DNA of 64,000 nucleotides from Anaerovoracaceae bacterium (GCA_036677845.1 JAVBVR010000025.1:46583-110582), one strand, 5' to 3'. Positions 9,137 through 17,480 are shown, counted from the stretch's first letter. Program-made: numbers and translations. Notes: generated by a model from the sequence alone, not told the origin.

Positions 9137-10516
9137 TTAGTCGACAAAGTCCGTAAACCCTTCTTCTTTTACCGCTTTCAGCGCAGTATCCCGGTCTGTC
9201 CGCTTCAGTAAGTCCTGATAGACGGATCTGCTCTCCAAGGCAGTGCTCATTAAGCTTTTGGTGAGATCCTTCTGCATGGTATCGATTCCGTCAAAAAAAG
9301 GCGGTATGTAGAAATCATAATCGGCCTGCATTTTTATTGACGTTCTCAGTAGAGACCGGATGTTTTCGTCCTGAATCGTCTGAATCTCCTTTGTCATGAT
9401 ATCTCCAAAAGCATCTTTTGTCACAGGGAGATAACCTGTGGATGATACAAATCGGAGATTGTTTTCGGGACTTGTAAACCACTTCAGAAAGATTCCTGCG
9501 GCATAAGCTTTCGTTTCATCGGAACTTGATACAATCATGCCGCCTCCCCTCTGGATTGCAACCTTTTCTCCCTTCTCAAACACAGGGTATGGCAGTATCA
9601 TCAGCTCCACATGATCTGTTGAATTATCGGAATAGGTGACGACAGGGTCAAAGAAAAGTACGCCTGCCGTGGAACCCGTAGAACAGATGATGTCTCCTGT
9701 CTTGAATAAGTCAGAAGCATACCCGTCGTAAACTGCAAAATGACCCTGGATAGCCGAGTTGTAAAAAAGGCTCCATACTCTCTGAAATTCTTCAGAAGCA
9801 TACTCCAGCCGGTCTTCCCTTACGAATTCAGATCCAAGCTGCCTGCAGCCGATCTGGGTATAATTGAAAAGAGAATCGGTATGGTAGAATGCTTTTCCGT
9901 CGCCGGGAACAGCCGGCGTTTTTGCATCTGTCCACTCATAATAGAGCGCTGCTGTTTCAGCCAGACCTTCAAAGGTGGAAAGGTCGTTATAGGAGACGCC
10001 GGTATCCTCGGAGAGTCGATCAAAAACAGTTTTATTCAGGAAGGTTACTTCTGTGGATTTTGCGATGGGAAATACGTAAAGGCTTTCGGTTCCCAGCGTG
10101 CCTTCCTCAAGGAAGCGCGGAAGATAGGCTTCCAGCTCTTTCTTGGAGAACAGCTTATTTAAATCCGTCAGCAGACCCTTATTTGCCAGTAAAATGGCGG
10201 TTTTTGGATTTGCCGTGGTAATGTCAGGCATTTCAGGCGCGCCCGGATCGCCGTTTGCAATCATTGCCAGCTTCTCGTGGAGCGCGCTGGAACTTGATAT
10301 GGATGTAACATTCAGAATGATTCCCTTTTCTTCTCCCAGGGTTTCATTAAATTCATCGACCATGCTGTCCATGGTCTCCATCATCTGTCCGCCGTAGTTG
10401 TGCCACAGCGTCAACGTGACCGGGTTTTTCGGGTCCAATCCGTGATCCTTGTTGCAGCCGGTCTGAAAACCGAGCATGAGTGTGATGATGAGAAGAGAAG
10501 AGAAAATCTTTTTCAT
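9137..10516 (-). CDS. extracellular solute-binding lipoprotein (ABC-type, family 1-like), no cognate permease or ATPase adjacent
   Basis: Lipobox LMLGFQTGC and a GGAGG RBS. 459 aa with the general pattern of a sugar-type SBP. Lies 55 nt upstream of the LuxR-type gene on the same strand. Confidence 0.85.
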   Translation of the reverse strand: MKKIFSSLLIITLMLGFQTGCNKDHGLDPKNPVTLTLWHNYGGQMMETMDSMVDEFNETLGEEKGIILNVTSISSSSALHEKLAMIANGDPGAPEMPDITTANPKTAILLANKGLLTDLNKLFSKKELEAYLPRFLEEGTLGTESLYVFPIAKSTEVTFLNKTVFDRLSEDTGVSYNDLSTFEGLAETAALYYEWTDAKTPAVPGDGKAFYHTDSLFNYTQIGCRQLGSEFVREDRLEYASEEFQRVWSLFYNSAIQGHFAVYDGYASDLFKTGDIICSTGSTAGVLFFDPVVTYSDNSTDHVELMILPYPVFEKGEKVAIQRGGGMIVSSSDETKAYAAGIFLKWFTSPENNLRFVSSTGYLPVTKDAFGDIMTKEIQTIQDENIRSLLRTSIKMQADYDFYIPPFFDGIDTMQKDLTKSLMSTALESRSVYQDLLKRTDRDTALKAVKEEGFTDFVD

Positions 10517-10538
10517 CGATAACCTCCAGTATTATTCA

Positions 10539-10586
10539 AAAAATCACCCCAAAAATCACCCCTGATTCTGCCGCAAATTCACCCCC
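10539..10586 (-). repeat. tandem direct repeats GGGGTGATTTTT x2 plus a third GGGGGTGAATTT copy in the SBP 5' leader
   Basis: On the plus strand, AAAAATCACCCC occurs at 10539-10550 and again, exactly, at 10551-10562. AAATTCACCCCC is at 10575-10586. The repeats end 23 nt upstream of the SBP start codon. Confidence 0.6.
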
Positions 10587-10820
10587 GGAGTGAATACAAA
10601 GGAAGAATCATCCAGTATAATGATTATGGTATTTCAGTTAATACCATTACATTAACAAATTACTCCAATTGCGTCAACAAGTTATGAAAACCTTAATAGA
10701 ACGCCTAGGCAACGAGGTTTAACTGATATGAATGTTCAATGAACAAGCAGCGACTGGAGTAAACAATGTAAAAAGATTAAGAAACAAGCTTAAAACAGTA
10801 TTAAAAGGAGGTAAAAAAAC

Positions 10821-11213
10821 ATGGATGAAATGAATAACAAAAATGCCGCTGATTTCAAAGAAGCAGAGGAAATTTTCGAGGAGGAGGATATCAGACAGAA
10901 CAAAACCATGGCAGGATTGGCGTATATCCTTTTCTTCCTGCCGCTGATCGTTTGCAAGGATTCCAAATTCGGAAGGTTTCATGCGAATCAGGGTCTGCTT
11001 CTTCTTATTCTGAGTGTTGTCGGGTACATTGCAATCTCAATCGTTACAACGATACTAGCAACCATTACATGGCGGCTGTTCGGCTTTATTTCCCTGCTGT
11101 ACAGTATTTACGGCCTGTTTATTATGGCAATTGCAATCTACGGGCTGGTCAACGGAATCAACGGGAAGGCGAAGGAACTGCCGATCATAGGCAAGTATCG
11201 CATTATTCGTTAA
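10821..11213 (+). CDS. small 3-TM membrane protein (DUF4870-like pattern)
   Basis: AAGGAGG RBS. An acidic N-terminus is followed by LAYILFFLPLIVCKDSKFGRFHANQGLLLLIL and two further helices. Confidence 0.7.
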   Translation: MDEMNNKNAADFKEAEEIFEEEDIRQNKTMAGLAYILFFLPLIVCKDSKFGRFHANQGLLLLILSVVGYIAISIVTTILATITWRLFGFISLLYSIYGLFIMAIAIYGLVNGINGKAKELPIIGKYRIIR

Positions 11214-11257
11214 TGTTTTCGGAATGTTGATTCTTAGTTGAGAAAGAGAGGAATAAA

Positions 11258-11923
11258 ATGAGGAAAATATTAATGCTGCTCACAATCCTGACCCTTGTAT
11301 TTGCAGTGGCGCTGACCGGATGCGGAGGGTCGGCGGACACTCCCGATGCAGATCAGCCGGAAAGTGTACAGAGCGACTCGGGCGATGCGGAAGAGGCCGG
11401 AGCGCAAGGGCTGGGAGATCTGCTGTCCGGCGCGTATGTGGATATGATGAAGAACAAGGAATACATGATGGTTTATAAAGCGACGGTAGATTTTGAAGGA
11501 CAGTCGATGGAAGTGGAAGCGACCGTAGCGGTAAAGGGTGAGGACTCGGCAATGACCAGTAAAGGCCAGGGTTTTGAGACTTCCATGATATTCAAGGACA
11601 ATAAAGTCTACATGATCGACCATGCCGGCAAAACCGTCACCTCGTGGTCTGATTCCGGGGGTTACACAGATGAGATGGAAACGGGTTCCTTTGAAGCGGA
11701 TGACATGACCTACCTCGGCAACGGAAAAGAAGACGGTCTTGTCTATGAAGAGTATTCCACTGCCGGCGGCAACGTGAAATACTATTTTGACGGTAAAGAT
11801 CTTGTAAGGATTGCAACGGTCATAGAAGGCCAGAAGATGGTAATGGACATCATAGAGATGAGCAATCGTGTGCCGGCAGACATGCTTGAAATACCGGCCG
11901 GTTACCAGTTGATTGAAATGTAA
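11258..11923 (+). CDS. lipoprotein of unknown function
   Basis: Lipobox LVFAVALTGCGGS, an acidic linker, then a ~170-aa beta-rich-looking domain. GAGAGGA RBS. Confidence 0.7.
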   Translation: MRKILMLLTILTLVFAVALTGCGGSADTPDADQPESVQSDSGDAEEAGAQGLGDLLSGAYVDMMKNKEYMMVYKATVDFEGQSMEVEATVAVKGEDSAMTSKGQGFETSMIFKDNKVYMIDHAGKTVTSWSDSGGYTDEMETGSFEADDMTYLGNGKEDGLVYEEYSTAGGNVKYYFDGKDLVRIATVIEGQKMVMDIIEMSNRVPADMLEIPAGYQLIEM

Positions 11924-11999
11924 TAGAGAATCGATAGATTAAATCGATGGATGAAAGTGGAGCAGATGATCAATTGATCGAAAAGAACGGAGGTTTTCT

Positions 12000-12467
12000 A
12001 TGTCAAATGATTTGTTTGGAGGAATCATGAAAGGCCTGGGTGCGTTTATGCCCAAGGACGATCCCAATATTAAGCTGTTTCAGGCGCAGAATGAGATCAA
12101 TGATCTCCAGAACAAGGAGCTTGAGCTATATGCAGAAATAGGGAGAAAAATATTGCCGGAGATATCCGGCAAGCAGGAATACAGCGATTTGGTAACGGAA
12201 TTGAATTACACGCAGAAAAAACTCGCAGCGGCGCGGGAGGAACTTGCAGACGCACAGAATACCAAATCGGAGCAGGAGATAAAAGAGAAGGAAGCGCTGA
12301 TAAGCCGTACCTGCCCCAATTGTGATACGCTGAACCCGGAAGGTGTAAAATTCTGTCAGGAATGCGGAGCCCGGCTGAATCTGACGGCAAAGGTCCGTTG
12401 CCAAGCGTGCGGAGCGGAATTCCCGACCGGTACAAGGTTCTGCGGAGAATGCGGAAGCCAGATTTAA
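12000..12467 (+). CDS. coiled-coil protein with C-terminal double zinc ribbon
   Basis: GGAGG RBS. CPNC..CQEC and CQAC..CGEC knuckle pairs. The N-terminal ~95 aa are helical and charged. Confidence 0.75.
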   Translation: MSNDLFGGIMKGLGAFMPKDDPNIKLFQAQNEINDLQNKELELYAEIGRKILPEISGKQEYSDLVTELNYTQKKLAAAREELADAQNTKSEQEIKEKEALISRTCPNCDTLNPEGVKFCQECGARLNLTAKVRCQACGAEFPTGTRFCGECGSQI

Positions 12468-12486
12468 CCAATGAAAGGAGTGCAAG

Positions 12487-12816
12487 ATGGCCTCATACAA
12501 GCAACCCTGCATCTTTTGCGGTGCTTTGATCGATTCCGATTCCCGCTTCTGTGTCAAGTGTGAAAGCCGCAACCCCTTTGCAATTCAATGTCCCAACTGC
12601 CTTAGAGAAGTTTCGAAAGACGATAAAATCTGCGAAAGCTGCGGAAGACCGCTGGTGATTCCATGTCCGAAATGCGGAAAGGACACATTCGTATTCGACA
12701 AGTGTCAAAGCTGCGGAGCAAGTCTTATGGTACTCTGCTCCAACAGGCGGTGCGGAGAGATGGTGTTTTTCCAGAATACCCATTGCAGGGCATGCGGGAA
12801 GAATGTCGGCAGATAA
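12487..12816 (+). CDS. multi-zinc-ribbon protein (four CxxC..CxxC units in 109 aa)
   Basis: AAGGAG RBS. Knuckle pairs are CIFC..CVKC, CPNC..CESC, CPKC..CQSC and CSNRRC..CRAC. Confidence 0.75.
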   Translation: MASYKQPCIFCGALIDSDSRFCVKCESRNPFAIQCPNCLREVSKDDKICESCGRPLVIPCPKCGKDTFVFDKCQSCGASLMVLCSNRRCGEMVFFQNTHCRACGKNVGR

Positions 12817-12826
12817 AAACAGAGGA

Positions 12827-12860
12827 AACGGCTCCTGATGCAGCAGCACAGGACCGTTTT
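12827..12860 (+). terminator. intra-operon hairpin with short T-run (possible attenuator or partial terminator)
   Basis: AACGG(C)TCCTG ... CAGGACCGTT followed by TT. Lies between the second and third zinc-ribbon genes. Confidence 0.35.
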
Positions 12861-12900
12861 AACGGACTGTCATTCAGATTATTAATCAGAGGTGAAAATA

Positions 12901-13566
12901 ATGTTAAAAGCGTTTACGAGAAATTATGAAGATAATTCCACGGAAGCCGGTTTCCAGTTTACATTCTATTGTGATCTTTGTCAGGATGGATATAAATCAT
13001 CCTTTGTAGAATCGGAAACATATAAAAAAGGTTCTTTGCTCAGAGGAGTGACCGGCGGAGCAAGAGTCCTCGGAGGCTTATTGGGAGGCAGGCTGGGAAA
13101 CGCCGTCTATCATGCCGGCTATGGAGGCGACATCTTGACGGAACGTTTCGAGGGAATGAGCCCCGAGTGGCAGAAGGAACACGAGAAAGCGTTCGAATAC
13201 GCACAGAACGAGGCTCAGCGCCACTTCCACAGGTGCCATAAATGTCGTCAATGGGTATGCGATTCGGATTTCAACGAGGATGAAGGCCTCTGTGTGGAAT
13301 GTGCTCCGCGGATGAATGTGGAGGTGGCGGCTGCACGTTCCAGAAAAATGGTGGAGGACATACAGGCAAAAGCGGACGAGACCGTCGTCTTCAAAGGAGA
13401 AATCGAATCGAAGACCATCGTCTGTCCTGTCTGCGGAAAACCCGGAGGAACAGGAAAATTCTGCAACAACTGCGGTGCGAATCTTTCAATGAATGCCTGT
13501 CCGGGCTGCGGAGCTTCCGTGGCCAAGGGTGTCAGATTCTGCGGAGAATGCGGCACGAAACTGTAA
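12901..13566 (+). CDS. zinc-ribbon protein with Gly-rich segment and C-terminal double zinc ribbon
   Basis: ATG 12901 lies 7 nt after CAGAGG; the ORF track starts at GTG 12892. Contains CHKC..CVEC, CPVC..CNNC and CPGC..CGEC, plus the GVTGGARVLGGLLGGRLG segment. Confidence 0.75.
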   Translation: MLKAFTRNYEDNSTEAGFQFTFYCDLCQDGYKSSFVESETYKKGSLLRGVTGGARVLGGLLGGRLGNAVYHAGYGGDILTERFEGMSPEWQKEHEKAFEYAQNEAQRHFHRCHKCRQWVCDSDFNEDEGLCVECAPRMNVEVAAARSRKMVEDIQAKADETVVFKGEIESKTIVCPVCGKPGGTGKFCNNCGANLSMNACPGCGASVAKGVRFCGECGTKL

Positions 13567-13576
13567 GAAGCGGTGT

Positions 13577-13603
13577 GCGGACCGCCCGATTGAGGCGGTC
13601 CGC
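13577..13603. terminator. hairpin between convergent operons
   Basis: Perfect 10-bp stem GCGGACCGCC / GGCGGTCCGC with a 7-nt loop. There is no strong T-run on either side. Confidence 0.55.
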
Positions 13604-13623
13604 TCTCTCTGTGACGGATGCAT

Positions 13624-16191
13624 TTATATGAACAGATTTACATTGGATTCCTCCGCATCACCGAGGTAAGCAGCCACTCCGGCATATTCGATACCGTCGA
13701 TGAGCTCATCTCTCGTAATTCCCATAACATCCATGGACATGGTGCAGGCAACGATCCTGACTCCGTTGAACATGGCCTGTTTCATCAGGTCCTCCAGGGA
13801 ATCGATGTTTTTATCCCGCATGACCTTCTTCATCATGGCGGTACCCATTCCGCCCATGTTCATGTTGGAAAGGGTGAGCTTAGAAGAGCCTCTCGGCATC
13901 ATGGCTCCGAACATGGCGTCCATAAACGGCTTCTTGACATTCTGCTTATCCGTTTTCCTGAGTGCGTTCAGACCCCAGAAGGTGAAAAACATGGTAACCG
14001 GCCTGCCCATGGCTGCGGCTCCGTTGGCTATGATGAAGGAGGCAAGGACCTTATCAAGATCACCACTGAACACGATGAGCGTTTTACCCTGAGGTGCCGG
14101 AGCATGAGAACCGCCGTGTACGATCGGAGCGGCGATGTCCGATTCGGAAACAAAGCCTGCGCCCTGGCCCTTTTGAATATATACAATGGTCTCCTTTCCG
14201 CTTTTTTCTGCTTTAAGCAGTGTGTTACCCATTCTGCGGCACCAGGCCTCAATATCCCTGGCAAAGCCCATATCGGTAGCGGAAACCTGCAGAATTTCTC
14301 CGTCATTCATTTCCTTGATGGTCTGAAATACTCTCATGATCGGCCCCGGACACTGAAGGCCGCTGCAATCCAGGGTCTGTTTCGCGACGATTTTCGCGGG
14401 ATCGATGCTTTGACTGTTGGCAGCAGGTTTGTTCTGGTTCATGATATTGGATCCTCCTCCTGAAACTGTATTGAGATTTTCCGCATTGGTCATATAGCGG
14501 TCGTGGCGCAGCGATTTATAAAAGCTGGTACCGGCGGGCAGCACCTTGACCTTTTCAAAACCGCTGTTCATCAGCATCCTGGCTGCATTGTAGGATCGTA
14601 CGCCGATGGAGCAGTACGGTATAATCAGCTTGTTTTTGTCCAGCTCACCCATGCACTGCCTCAGCTGTCCTAGAGGGATATGACAGGAGTTTGGAATCAT
14701 GAAAGCCATTCTTTCCATCTCTTCCGTTACATCCAGAATGATGTAGTCGTCCCGATCCGATTTCTCAAGTTCATCCATCTCTTTCCAGTCTATAAAAGAT
14801 ACAACGCCGTCCAGGATGTTGCCGGCAACAAATCCAAGCATATTGACAGGATCTTTGGCGGAAGAATAGGGAGGTGCGTATGCCAGCTCCAGTTCCGCCA
14901 GATCATATACGGTTCCGCCCAGCAGCATGGTTGTGGCGATGGTGTCGATTCTCTTGTCTGCGCCTTCCTGGCCGACGATCTGTGCGCCGAAGATTTCTCC
15001 GTCCTTGCCAAAGACCATTTTCAGTGTCAGGGGAGTTGCACCGGGATAATATCCCGCATGGGACTTTTGATTGATCAGAGCCACGAAGTAGTCCTTGTTC
15101 AATTCCTTGCCCCATGAAATCAAAGTTTTCTCATTCACACCGGTGGCGGCAACGGACAGGTCGAAAACCTGAGCAATGGAGGTTCCTTGCGTTCCCTTGT
15201 ACTTTTCAAGCTCTCCGCCCAGGGAACCGGCTTCTCTGGCAATATTATTTGCGCAGATGCGCCCCTGCTTGTTTGCCGGGCCGGCGAGAGGGATCATGGT
15301 CCTTCCCTTGGAGACAAACTCTTCCACCTCAATTACGTCGCCGACGGCGTAGATATTGGGATCGGAGGTCTTCAGGTAGTCATTGACCACGATTCCGCCC
15401 TTTGCATTCAGTTCCAGTCCGCAGTCCTTTGCCAGCATGCTGTTTGGACGGATTCCGATGGAAAGGATTACAAGATCCGCTTCGACGACTTTCCCGTCCT
15501 GCAATGTTATGGCTGTTGCGCCGTCTTTCTGCTCAAACTGCTTGACGCCGTTGTTCAATTCAAGACGGATCCGGTTCATTCTCATATTTTCATGAACCAG
15601 CTGTGCCATTTCGAAATCAACAGGCGCCATAACCTGATCCATCATTTCCACTACCGTTACCTCGCAGCCTGCCGCATGGAGGTTTTCCGCCATTTCCAGG
15701 CCGATAAACCCGCCGCCGATGACCGCGGCTGTCTTTGGTCTGTGCTCAGCAAGATATTTCTTGATCCGGTCCGTATCCGGTATGGTCCAGAGCGTGAAGA
15801 TTCCCGGCCCGTCAATTCCCTGGATGGGCGGTTTCAACGGAGAGGAACCGGTTGAAATCACGAGTACATCGTAGCCTTCTTCATATTTCTCACCGGTTTT
15901 CACATTCTTCACCGTTACTGTTTTTTTATCCCGGTCGATTGCGGTTACTTCGTTGTTAACCCGGACATCGATATCAAACTTGGCTTTCATTGCTTCCGGT
16001 GTCTGAAGCAGCAAGGCATCTCTTTCCTTGATGACATTGCCGATATGGTAAGGCAGACCACAGTTGGCATAGGATATATATTCGCCCCGTTCAAACATAA
16101 TGATTTCCATTGACTCATCCAGTCGTCTCAGCCGGGCCGCAGTTGTGGCTCCTCCGGCGACTCCGCCGATAATCAATACCTTTTTATTCAT
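13624..16191 (-). CDS. four-domain CoA-disulfide reductase-type flavoprotein: CoADR/Nox, rhodanese, TusA-like, DsrE/F-like
   Basis: GGVAGG FAD motif; redox Cys in YISYANCGLPYH; second dinucleotide motif VIGGGFIGLE; rhodanese loop YCSIGVRS; TusA motif LQCPGP. The C-terminal segment TLIVFSGDLDKVLASFIIANGAAAMG...IVACTMSMDVMG is DsrE-like. AGGAGAA RBS. Confidence 0.85.
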   Translation of the reverse strand: MNKKVLIIGGVAGGATTAARLRRLDESMEIIMFERGEYISYANCGLPYHIGNVIKERDALLLQTPEAMKAKFDIDVRVNNEVTAIDRDKKTVTVKNVKTGEKYEEGYDVLVISTGSSPLKPPIQGIDGPGIFTLWTIPDTDRIKKYLAEHRPKTAAVIGGGFIGLEMAENLHAAGCEVTVVEMMDQVMAPVDFEMAQLVHENMRMNRIRLELNNGVKQFEQKDGATAITLQDGKVVEADLVILSIGIRPNSMLAKDCGLELNAKGGIVVNDYLKTSDPNIYAVGDVIEVEEFVSKGRTMIPLAGPANKQGRICANNIAREAGSLGGELEKYKGTQGTSIAQVFDLSVAATGVNEKTLISWGKELNKDYFVALINQKSHAGYYPGATPLTLKMVFGKDGEIFGAQIVGQEGADKRIDTIATTMLLGGTVYDLAELELAYAPPYSSAKDPVNMLGFVAGNILDGVVSFIDWKEMDELEKSDRDDYIILDVTEEMERMAFMIPNSCHIPLGQLRQCMGELDKNKLIIPYCSIGVRSYNAARMLMNSGFEKVKVLPAGTSFYKSLRHDRYMTNAENLNTVSGGGSNIMNQNKPAANSQSIDPAKIVAKQTLDCSGLQCPGPIMRVFQTIKEMNDGEILQVSATDMGFARDIEAWCRRMGNTLLKAEKSGKETIVYIQKGQGAGFVSESDIAAPIVHGGSHAPAPQGKTLIVFSGDLDKVLASFIIANGAAAMGRPVTMFFTFWGLNALRKTDKQNVKKPFMDAMFGAMMPRGSSKLTLSNMNMGGMGTAMMKKVMRDKNIDSLEDLMKQAMFNGVRIVACTMSMDVMGITRDELIDGIEYAGVAAYLGDAEESNVNLFI

Positions 16192-16408
16192 AATTCTGTT
16201 CTCCTATCCTTCTATTTTTTGAACTTATAAATTTCAACAGTTTAAATTTCAGCCGCCGATCGTTATTTCTGTAACAATCTATGGTTATATTACCATTTTT
16301 CAGTCGTACTCTCAGTGACAATGTCACACTGCCCGGAATATGCAGGTAAGATACCGCAATAATTCCAAATTTATTCAGACAACCGGGATATATCATGAAA
16401 AATATCAA

Positions 16409-16438
16409 TTGATTTCACATAGAATGCGGTGATATAAT
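16409..16438 (+). promoter_or_regulatory. candidate sigma-A promoter of the ldcA-opp operon
   Basis: TTGATT (16409-16414), 18-nt spacer, TATAAT (16433-16438). Confidence 0.55.
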
Positions 16439-16447
16439 TGAAGCAAA

Positions 16448-16480
16448 TTCATAATATAAAAAATTATTTCATAATATGAA
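16448..16480 (+). promoter_or_regulatory. paired TTCATAATAT boxes (candidate operator) just downstream of the -10
   Basis: The exact 10-mer TTCATAATAT is at 16448-16457 and 16468-16477, a 20-nt period. The second copy extends to the perfect palindrome TTCATA-A-TATGAA. Confidence 0.4.
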
Positions 16481-16517
16481 CACTAATTAATGAAAAATTT
16501 ACATAAACAGGAAAGGG

Positions 16518-17480
16518 GTGAACAATAAAAGGATGAAAAAGCCCAAAAAACTGAAGCCGGGAGATACCATCGGTGTGATCTCGCCGTCCAGCCCGTCGGA
16601 AAAGAAGAGCGAAGTGGTCCGGGGGGCGGAAACCCTTGAGAGTATGGGATATCAGGTCGTTCTGTCAAAGAATCTGAACAAATCAAAAGGATTGGTGGCC
16701 GGGACGGAAGAAGAAAGAGCGGAGGACCTGAACGATATGTTCCGGCGGGATGATATCGATGCTATTTTTGTAACACAGGGTGGGTACGGTTCAGCTCAGC
16801 TGATCCGCAATATCGATTTCGACCTGATTTCACAAAACCCGAAAATTTTTACGGGATTCAGCGATATTACCTCTTTGCATCTTGCCATGCTGAAGTTCAG
16901 CGGGGTGGTCACCTTTCACGGCCCGGGGATGTCGCGGTTCAACAGTGAGGAGTTGACAGACTATACAAAGGAGGCATTTTTCAAGGCAATCACACAGACA
17001 GAGCCTTTAGGTGAAATCAGGCCGGCCAGCCCGAAGAAGTGGATCAACCGCATCCATCCGGGAACGGCGGAAGGAGTCATAACCGGAGGCAACCTGACCC
17101 TGATATGTGCCACGCTGGGAACACCCTATGAAATCGATACGAAGGGAAAAATTCTGTTCTTCGAGGATCTGGATACGGAGCCGTGGATTTTCGACCATAT
17201 GCTCTCCCATCTCAGGAACGCCGGCAAGCTGGAGCAGGCATCGGGTATCGTGATCGGGGAGTGTCAGAACTGTGTGCCGTTTCTGTACAATCCCGGTTAT
17301 TATGTGGATACCAGCCTGGAGGATGTACTGGACTATTACATAAAGCCCCTTGGTATCCCCGCTGTTTATGGTCTGCCCATGGGGCATACGGACGATCTGG
17401 CAACCATACCCCTTGGCGTTGCAGCGAGACTGGATGCCGACAATAAAAAGCTGGAAATTCTGGAGGGCGGAGTGGTCTGA
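16518..17480 (+). CDS. ldcA: LD-carboxypeptidase (peptidase S66, muramoyltetrapeptide carboxypeptidase-like)
   Basis: GFSDITSLH (Ser nucleophile) and MGHTDD motifs. The start is ambiguous between GTG 16518 and ATG 16533. Confidence 0.85.
   Translation: MNNKRMKKPKKLKPGDTIGVISPSSPSEKKSEVVRGAETLESMGYQVVLSKNLNKSKGLVAGTEEERAEDLNDMFRRDDIDAIFVTQGGYGSAQLIRNIDFDLISQNPKIFTGFSDITSLHLAMLKFSGVVTFHGPGMSRFNSEELTDYTKEAFFKAITQTEPLGEIRPASPKKWINRIHPGTAEGVITGGNLTLICATLGTPYEIDTKGKILFFEDLDTEPWIFDHMLSHLRNAGKLEQASGIVIGECQNCVPFLYNPGYYVDTSLEDVLDYYIKPLGIPAVYGLPMGHTDDLATIPLGVAARLDADNKKLEILEGGVV

Noticed and set aside
11968-11979. Perfect 12-bp palindrome GATCAATTGATC between the lipoprotein gene and the first zinc-ribbon gene. 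A 6-1-6 palindrome, GTGACA-A-TGTCAC, also lies at 16315-16327 upstream of the CoADR gene.
   Set aside because: A perfect 6+6 inverted repeat at a fixed spacing is expected ~16 times in 64 kb by chance (64000 / 4^6). Without a second copy or a cognate regulator these cannot be distinguished from noise.
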